A stretch of 40,393 bases of DNA, from the IMG/VR virus record IMGVR_UViG_3300020045_006075, positions 1 to 40,393 of that record. One strand, written 5' to 3'. Below, in pieces: positions 34,120 to 40,393 of this stretch; positions within the stretch are counted from its first letter, which is position 1; each line of letters starts with the position of its first letter. A program made the translations under genes and the position numbers. The notes beneath the pieces were generated by a model. That model was given only the letters and a program-made list of their open reading frames with translations. It had not been told where the DNA came from and made no database searches. This DNA comes from a virus. Its lineage: Duplodnaviria; Caudoviricetes.

Positions 34120-35757
34120 TTAGAGTTCATTACTAAATGCTAAATAAGCACTGGCATTATTGTTACTAGCTAAAATGGCACAATTATTGCTTGTTAGACC
34201 ACTTGCAACGGTTGCTTTAATGGAGGCAGTTGCTTTAGTGCTTTCGTTTGCTCCAGATAGGGCTGGTACGGCACTACAAGCAACAAATGAACCTGTTATC
34301 CATACAGCATATTGATTTGCTGTTCCTGTTGTTTCAAGGGTATAAGCATTATTCCTTTTTTGTACACTAAAGTTATAAACTCCGTGTAACTCAGTAGTTC
34401 CAACACACATACCAGACATAAACCTAAAATAAGTACCACTTGCTTCAGCACCAACCTTTTCATAATACCTCTGACAAGCTCTTAATTCTTCTTCATAGCT
34501 TTTTGGCATAAAAGGTAGATCTACATCACCAGCACAGAGTTGGACTTGAGCTATATCTATGTTTCCACTTCCAACAAAAGACTCTGCTCCATCAGCTCCA
34601 ACATAGGCGTCTGTTGTTGTTCCCCACATTGTTGCTATAGCAAGACCAAAATTATCATCATTATCAGTTCCAAATGTTTTACCCGATAAAGTATTGGTGG
34701 TTATTGTATGGGTATATTTAGTCCAAGTAGAAGTTAATGTCCAGTTAGTTCCATTTATTATTTCAATTGAACTAGGACTTCCACCACCACCATAATATTG
34801 AATACTATAAACACCTATTTTTTTATTAGCAATATCTGATTTGGCCCAGAAAGAAACTGTTACTTTTTTACCATCTCCACATAAATATCTAGTTCCATGT
34901 TCAATAAATTGAGCCCAAGTTCTTCCAAGAGCGTTAGCACCAAAACTAGAACCAGCACCATTTACATTTAATCTTGAGTGATAAAAAGCATTTGGGATAG
35001 CTCCTGAAGTAATTATTTGTCTGCTCATTACGATAGTTGGAGCAGTACCACCATCAACGGTAAGTTGATATTTCCACCTATCTGCTGTTGGATAGGTATT
35101 AGTTGTTGGTCCTGTAGATGTTGTTCCTCTCTGCCATACATCAAAGTTTCCATTTATTATGGCTTGTCTAGCCATTGAAGAATTAGGTACAACATCAAAA
35201 TATTGGGCATCGTTCATTGAATAGGCTTGTAGGTGTCCAGTTCCTTTTCCTGTAATTTTTACATCAATGTTAGTATCATCACCAGTAGCACTAATTATTG
35301 GGGAATTTGTAGTGGCAGCGTTGGTAACTGTAATTTCATTAACCGCACTTCCCGTAGCAGGGGTTATAATAACTTCGTTTCCGCTTGTATCAGTAATAGC
35401 CGTTCCAATTTTAGGACTAGTTAAAGTCTTATTTGTCATCGTAACAGCGTGGTCTTTAAATACAAACTCATCGTTTCCAGTAAGTAAGGGCAAAGTAACG
35501 GTTCTATCCGCACCCAATTCAGATACAGCTAGGACATATTGGTGGTCGGCAGAAGTATCTTGAATTTCTAAGGTCTTTGGTAGAGTGACAGTTCCAGTAA
35601 AAGTAGGAGAAGCTATCGGGGCTTTAGCAGCCGTAGCATTAGCAATAGTAATTTTCTTTGTAATAGGTGTTCCTGCGGGGTCGTCAACAATCGCTAGTAA
35701 ATCAGATTGGTCAACTGATGTAAGTTCTGTTAGAGCTGTAATTTTTGCGTCTGCCAT
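34120..35757 (-). CDS. Tail fibre / receptor-binding protein
   Basis: MADAKITAL N-terminus, TMTNKTLTSP, and an IINGNFDVWQRG...VTVSFWAK...EEL..CQRYY carbohydrate-binding-like module. Confidence 0.85.
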   Translation of the reverse strand: MADAKITALTELTSVDQSDLLAIVDDPAGTPITKKITIANATAAKAPIASPTFTGTVTLPKTLEIQDTSADHQYVLAVSELGADRTVTLPLLTGNDEFVFKDHAVTMTNKTLTSPKIGTAITDTSGNEVIITPATGSAVNEITVTNAATTNSPIISATGDDTNIDVKITGKGTGHLQAYSMNDAQYFDVVPNSSMARQAIINGNFDVWQRGTTSTGPTTNTYPTADRWKYQLTVDGGTAPTIVMSRQIITSGAIPNAFYHSRLNVNGAGSSFGANALGRTWAQFIEHGTRYLCGDGKKVTVSFWAKSDIANKKIGVYSIQYYGGGGSPSSIEIINGTNWTLTSTWTKYTHTITTNTLSGKTFGTDNDDNFGLAIATMWGTTTDAYVGADGAESFVGSGNIDIAQVQLCAGDVDLPFMPKSYEEELRACQRYYEKVGAEASGTYFRFMSGMCVGTTELHGVYNFSVQKRNNAYTLETTGTANQYAVWITGSFVACSAVPALSGANESTKATASIKATVASGLTSNNCAILASNNNASAYLAFSNEL

Positions 35758-35760
35758 ATT

Positions 35761-36162
35761 TTATTCAAAATTAATAATATCGGGATTTTCTGTTAAAACA
35801 GTTTCCCCCGAAGGTAATATAACTAAGATAGATTTGTTTGTTTTCCCGTGTGTATTGGTTTCGTAACCAAAACAGTAAAGGGTGAAGTTTCTTTCATCAG
35901 GGGTAAAGATGTTTAGTCTTTTCCTCTTGTAGTAATGAATTAACTTCATTTTGTCAGGGTCAAACAGTAAAGTATGGCATTTTTCATCATTAACCATTTT
36001 AAAAGCAAATAACTTTGATTGGTCAATCTCTTTAAACTGATGAAAAAACCCTGCTTCGTCAAACTGTTTCAAAACAAATCCATTGTTGTAATGGGCTTCC
36101 CAGCACCATTGCTCTTTTTCTGTTTCTATTGTCTTACCGTCTTTTATAAATTTATACATCAT
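35761..36162 (-). CDS. Hypothetical protein (structural region)
   Basis: W.A.Y..G..L.QFD pattern. Confidence 0.7.
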   Translation of the reverse strand: MMYKFIKDGKTIETEKEQWCWEAHYNNGFVLKQFDEAGFFHQFKEIDQSKLFAFKMVNDEKCHTLLFDPDKMKLIHYYKRKRLNIFTPDERNFTLYCFGYETNTHGKTNKSILVILPSGETVLTENPDIINFE

Positions 36163-36181
36163 TGTATTGAAGTAGATTTTT

Positions 36182-36685
36182 TTAGGCTACTTCGTCATAT
36201 TGATAGTTCATCGTAGAAGTTGAACCTGCTACATCACCCGCATCGGTGACAATTTGATGAACTAAATAATCCGAGTAACCGTTAGCTATAAGAGAACCCG
36301 ATAGTGATGTTCCAATTCCGAGGTTAGCAGTAGAGGGTTCAGCCGTAGGCATAGCATTATCTACATTAGCAATAGCTGTCTTAACAGGTTGGGCATAGGT
36401 CTTTGCCGAGTAGTCGGTAGTTTCACCCGCATTGGTAACGTGAGTGGCACTTCCACCCAAAGCACCTGTTCGCCAAACTTTTAAATTTAAAATAGCGGAA
36501 GATGTAGAAATATCCGACAAATTTATTCTTTGATATTTGGCGTAGGTATTTGCTCCAGGGGTTACAGGATAGGCTACAGGGTCAAGATTGACCGCATCGG
36601 TATTTCCCATATTGGTATTGGTAATAGAAGCTGTTATCGTTTCACCCGCTCCGTTACTTTCTGATATTGATACTGTTGCTGCCAT
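36182..36685 (-). CDS. Probable virion structural protein
   Basis: Thr/Ala/Gly-rich beta protein ending YQYDE. AAGGAG RBS. Confidence 0.7.
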   Translation of the reverse strand: MAATVSISESNGAGETITASITNTNMGNTDAVNLDPVAYPVTPGANTYAKYQRINLSDISTSSAILNLKVWRTGALGGSATHVTNAGETTDYSAKTYAQPVKTAIANVDNAMPTAEPSTANLGIGTSLSGSLIANGYSDYLVHQIVTDAGDVAGSTSTMNYQYDEVA

Positions 36686-36737
36686 AGTTAATTATACTCC
36701 TTGTTTATTTTAAATTAAATAATTCAGACATTATGGG

Positions 36738-37244
36738 TTAATCCGTAGTAGCCACAACACTAGCATCGTCTGATAATGGTGACCAAATAAGATAAAAGTC
36801 AACCACACCCGCTTCTGTATTGGCAGTTTTGGTTGTCATTATAATGTCATTACCATTTAAAAAATATTCAGGTAAATTGTCGGCTGCTGCGGTAGATTCT
36901 CCAACTATGTAATAAGTTGCAGGGGTAGCATTGTTTAACCAAATATGACCAGCGTCCAAAGATGTCATAGTCGTAACTGGCATAAAGATTGCCGTAGCCC
37001 CTGTAATTCCCACTTCGTCAGTAGAACCCGCACCCGTAGCACTTGTCTTACAAACTGCTACTAATTTGGCTTTAATAAGCCCCGTAACTGTAAATAAAAC
37101 TCCACCGTCTTTAGCTCCGCCATCATTTCCCCAAGCATCAGCAGTAGCCCCGTCAAAAGTAACTGTCCTTTTAGTTAAAAACCCCTCGTTTTGGATAGGC
37201 ACACTATTGGCGTCCCTATAAAAACTAGAACTTATTATAGCCAT
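36738..37244 (-). CDS. Probable virion structural protein
   Basis: Beta-rich, with an N-terminal RDANSVP motif. Confidence 0.65.
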   Translation of the reverse strand: MAIISSSFYRDANSVPIQNEGFLTKRTVTFDGATADAWGNDGGAKDGGVLFTVTGLIKAKLVAVCKTSATGAGSTDEVGITGATAIFMPVTTMTSLDAGHIWLNNATPATYYIVGESTAAADNLPEYFLNGNDIIMTTKTANTEAGVVDFYLIWSPLSDDASVVATTD

Positions 37245-37260
37245 AATTTATTTTAAAAAA

Positions 37261-37737
37261 TTAACTTAATGATTTTATGTCAACACCCTTGTACTCCGAA
37301 GTATGTTCTACTTCTGGAATATCTTCTACCTCATTAGACTTACTAACAGGAGATGACTTTGTTTCATTTTCGCCAATTAATTCTACTTTAGCTTTTTTAG
37401 GAGCTGATACTTTAATTATTCTTGACTTTGTTGGCATACCGAGTAAACGAGATGCTTCGTCTTGACTAATTAAAATCTTTTTAGCAGTTGCTTCTCTAAG
37501 GGTTTTGTCCATCATAGAAGCTTCATTTGTTCGGATTAGTTCACGATTTATCAAATGTTTTGCCAAATGATTAGCAAGAAATATTGGGTAGAATTTAATT
37601 TCCCCCGCTTTAACTAGATAAGGTCGGCTATTCCACATAGCACCTTGTTCTTCGGTAAAGTCCTCGCTAGTAAAATTATAAAAGGGCGTAGTCTCAAAAC
37701 TTTCTGAGTTTGGTTCAAGATTTTCTGTTAGTGGCAT
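37261..37737 (-). CDS. Hypothetical protein
   Basis: FYNFT.EDF...W...P....GE......LA.HLAKHL..R, with an acidic tail. Confidence 0.7.
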   Translation of the reverse strand: MPLTENLEPNSESFETTPFYNFTSEDFTEEQGAMWNSRPYLVKAGEIKFYPIFLANHLAKHLINRELIRTNEASMMDKTLREATAKKILISQDEASRLLGMPTKSRIIKVSAPKKAKVELIGENETKSSPVSKSNEVEDIPEVEHTSEYKGVDIKSLS

Positions 37738-37824
37738 AATGTTTTGTCTAAACTTTTAATTAATAAACTTATTAAGTTTATCATTTTTGCCCCCCACTAT
37801 AAAGTGAGGAGCAATTCCATAAAC

Positions 37825-38535
37825 TTAGTCTATGTTAACCCAAATTGGGTGAGCATAAGAAGCTTCCCCAGCTTGAATAAAGTATCCCAATTTCCATTGA
37901 ACTAAATCGTCAGTACAGTCATCAACTGCACCTGCGGTTGTAGCATCACAGATAACTGGAACACCAGCAGAACCAGCAGAGTGAGCAAAAGCACCCATAA
38001 CTCCACGAGTAAGTAACCAGCCATAATAACCAGAAGTGAAACTCCTAAGAGCACCACCAGTTGGGCAAGTTACGACTGAAGTATCCATCAAAACACCGTT
38101 CCAAGGATTGTGAGCTAATGATATTTTAGAGGTCGTATCAAGAGCCACAATTAATGGGTCTTCAAGGTAAAGAATAGAAGCACCACCACTAGTAAAAGCA
38201 GCGTGGCTAGAAATCTTTAATGTTTGACCGATACCAGTTCCGTAAGAAACAGTAACAAAACCGTCTGCGTATTCATTAGCAGTAGAGGTTGTGGCAGCGT
38301 GAGTAAAAGAGATACTTTTTGCTCCGATAGCAGCCGTAGCAGTAACAGCCATTTTAACTGTTGCACTATCAATAGCAGGACTTTGAGTCATATAACCCAA
38401 AGTAACAGCTTCGCCCATTTTCGCATATCTAAATATACGACCATCGGCAGTTTCACCCATAGCACCGAGTTGGTGTTGTTGAGTTGCACTTTCTTGCCAG
38501 ATGTCTTGAGCACCTAAAGAGATTAAACTTGGCAT
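37825..38535 (-). CDS. Capsid decoration/cement-like protein, paralog B
   Basis: LG......DGR.FRYAK...YGWL.TRG, collinear with 38559-39272. Confidence 0.75.
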   Translation of the reverse strand: MPSLISLGAQDIWQESATQQHQLGAMGETADGRIFRYAKMGEAVTLGYMTQSPAIDSATVKMAVTATAAIGAKSISFTHAATTSTANEYADGFVTVSYGTGIGQTLKISSHAAFTSGGASILYLEDPLIVALDTTSKISLAHNPWNGVLMDTSVVTCPTGGALRSFTSGYYGWLLTRGVMGAFAHSAGSAGVPVICDATTAGAVDDCTDDLVQWKLGYFIQAGEASYAHPIWVNID

Positions 38536-38558
38536 AATTTTTTTCCTTTAATAAATAA

Positions 38559-39272
38559 TTAATCCCATTTTAAATAAACGGGGTGTGCATATCCATCTTC
38601 AGAAGCTTGGATAGCTTGTCCTAATTGGACTTGAGTCAAATCATTTGCGGTTACATCAATAGAACCGTCCTCGGAAGCATCATAAGAGAAAGAATATCCA
38701 GCAGCAGCCACACCATCAGCAAAAGCTCCGAATACTCCTCTAGTTTGAAGCCAACCGTAATAAGCATTGGTAAAACTTCTAATTGCTCCACCACCAGCGG
38801 TAGTAACTAAGGAAGTTGACATCAAAACTCCACGCCAAGGGTTGTGAGCTAAATCTACTCTTGAAGTAGTATCTAGGGCAACAATCAAAGGGTCTTCTAA
38901 GTAAACAGTAGAAGCACCGCCTGATGTTAAGGCAGCGTGACTTTTAATTTTTAAAGTTTGTCCAATTCCTGTTCCATAAGATACGATTAAATATCCTTCG
39001 GCATACTCATTTTCAGTTGAAGTCGTAGCAGCGTGGGTGAAAGAAACCGAAGTAGCACCAACGGCAGCAGCAGCAGTTACACTCATTTTGACAGTAGCAC
39101 TATCAATCGGTGCAGATTGGGCAACTCTACCAATAGTGATAGCTTCTCCCATTTTGGCGTAACGGAATAATCTTCCGTCAGAAGTTTCTCCCAAAGCACC
39201 TAGGGGGTGTTGTTGAGTAGAACTCTCACTCCAAATATCCTGAGCAGCTAAGGAAACTATATTTGTTGACAT
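38559..39272 (-). CDS. Capsid decoration/cement-like protein, paralog A
   Basis: Same motifs as paralog B. AAAGGA RBS. Confidence 0.75.
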   Translation of the reverse strand: MSTNIVSLAAQDIWSESSTQQHPLGALGETSDGRLFRYAKMGEAITIGRVAQSAPIDSATVKMSVTAAAAVGATSVSFTHAATTSTENEYAEGYLIVSYGTGIGQTLKIKSHAALTSGGASTVYLEDPLIVALDTTSRVDLAHNPWRGVLMSTSLVTTAGGGAIRSFTNAYYGWLQTRGVFGAFADGVAAAGYSFSYDASEDGSIDVTANDLTQVQLGQAIQASEDGYAHPVYLKWD

Positions 39273-39404
39273 AATTTTTCCTTTTTAAATAATAAGTTTT
39301 TATAAAAGGCTTTTATGCGACCTCTTACAATCAGTTACTTTACTTTATTGGTAAAGTTTCTTATTTCTCCCCACCCAAGCAGGTGGTGAGGAGTTTAAAA
39401 ACCT

Positions 39405-40379
39405 TTACGTAGCAGTTGTCAAAATACCCGTTGTATTGGAAGCATAGACAGGTTCAACTCTTAGTTGATTGAAGGCACTTGCCCAATCAGTTGCACCAGT
39501 CATAACAGTTCCACCTCGGATTATAACTACACCACCTGGAGCAGCATTTAGTGTCATTAAGACAGTTTGTGCCACACTTGTTCCATCAACATAGTTGATA
39601 AAAACACAACCGTTGAAATCAACGAAACGACCAATATCATTGGCAGTATCGGCTTTAATGTCAATAGCAGTTGCAGCAGTAGCATAGGTTAAGAAACGAC
39701 AACTTTCAAAAACAGTCTTTGATGTTCCGCCTTGGAAATCAATCAAAGTGTTAGCAGCACTTCTAGCAACATTGTCGTTACCGAAAGTACAACCTACAAA
39801 TCTATTTTCTTCAGCACCGTTCATTAATAGAACAATACCACCAGCTTCAGCAGCAGCAGTTGCGTCAGATAAACCAGCAAAATGACAATTCTCAAAATAA
39901 TTGTAATCACCAGTGATACTTGCCATTACATAACTATCGGCAACTCCCTGATAGAAAGTTATATTTTTAAAAATACAACCGTTCTCGGACAATACGAATT
40001 GTGGAGTTGTAGTCGCAGCAGCTAGAGTAAAACTCATACCTGAACGAATACTAGTAGCAGTAGGAGCTCCGCAACCAATTAAATGAGTAAATCTTTTTGA
40101 CCAAGCAATAGCAGCAGTTTCAGTAGTTCTACCAGTTCCACCCGTTGGGGCAATTAAAACTACATCATTTTTACCACTAGTACACTTAGCATAAGCAGCA
40201 GCAACAGTCTTTAAAGCATTGTCCTGACTTTCGCCAGAATTAGCCGTATCGTTTCCTGCGTATGGGTCAACATAATAAAGATTACCAATAACAGGTAAAC
40301 CTAAAATACCCGCTATATCTTCGGGCATTATTTTTGCTCCCCATTTCATTGCGGGAACGTAATTTCTTACTTTTAGCAT
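39405..40379 (-). CDS. Pectin-lyase-like beta-helix structural protein
   Basis: YYVD...GND..NSG....ALKT...A, repeated F.NC.F beta-helix rungs. Confidence 0.8.
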   Translation of the reverse strand: MLKVRNYVPAMKWGAKIMPEDIAGILGLPVIGNLYYVDPYAGNDTANSGESQDNALKTVAAAYAKCTSGKNDVVLIAPTGGTGRTTETAAIAWSKRFTHLIGCGAPTATSIRSGMSFTLAAATTTPQFVLSENGCIFKNITFYQGVADSYVMASITGDYNYFENCHFAGLSDATAAAEAGGIVLLMNGAEENRFVGCTFGNDNVARSAANTLIDFQGGTSKTVFESCRFLTYATAATAIDIKADTANDIGRFVDFNGCVFINYVDGTSVAQTVLMTLNAAPGGVVIIRGGTVMTGATDWASAFNQLRVEPVYASNTTGILTTAT

Positions 40380-40393
40380 ATTTTTCCTTTTTT

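Larger units (their letters stand above)
1..40393 (-). mobile_element. Complete or near-complete circularly permuted podovirus-like phage genome
   Basis: Contains TerS/TerL, portal, scaffold, capsid, adaptor, nozzle, ejection and lysis genes, with no tape measure, sheath or tube. All genes are on one strand. Joining the ends gives TAA-TAGTTAACACC-AAAAAAGGAAAAAT-ATG. Confidence 0.92.

Noticed and set aside
34120-35757. Diversity-generating retroelement target
   Set aside because: No reverse transcriptase and no TR/VR pair differing at adenines was seen.
1835-38810. All + strand ORFs in the track, and the nested minus ORFs 18192-18377 and 33686-33868
   Set aside because: They overlap well-supported genes, have shadow-frame composition (Ser/Leu/Phe-rich) and show no motifs.
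1-40393. Alternative genetic code (stop-codon reassignment)
   Set aside because: Genes are full length and densely packed under code 11, and TAA, TGA and TAG all end credible genes.

Overview
The window looks like a complete, circularly permuted ~40.4 kb genome of a lytic podovirus-type tailed phage. It is AT-rich, uses the standard genetic code, and every credible gene is on the minus strand. The two ends join into a normal intergenic spacer (stop codon - AAAGGA RBS - ATG). In transcription order the modules are: early genes under three sigma70-like promoters that share a 22-bp palindromic operator (zincin, DUF2958, Cas4-like exonuclease, HTH, SLT, SSB, NinG); a ParB - radical SAM - glycosyltransferase cassette; terS, terL, a Com-like zinc finger, portal, scaffold and major capsid; decoration, tail and fibre genes; three ejection proteins, the last carrying ParB-like and ADP-ribosyltransferase-like domains; lysis genes; and a metallophosphoesterase cluster. 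I recognise no integrase, polymerase, primase, helicase or replication initiator. Instead there is a ~400-nt non-coding, highly structured element (19715-20113) with a pseudoknot/terminator leader and several GNRA hairpins. This is the top candidate for an undescribed system, possibly RNA-based replication control. The second candidate is the packaging-linked radical SAM + glycosyltransferase DNA-modification cassette. A Patescibacteria/CPR host is an inference only. All protein calls come from motif recognition by eye; no searches or folding programs were run.
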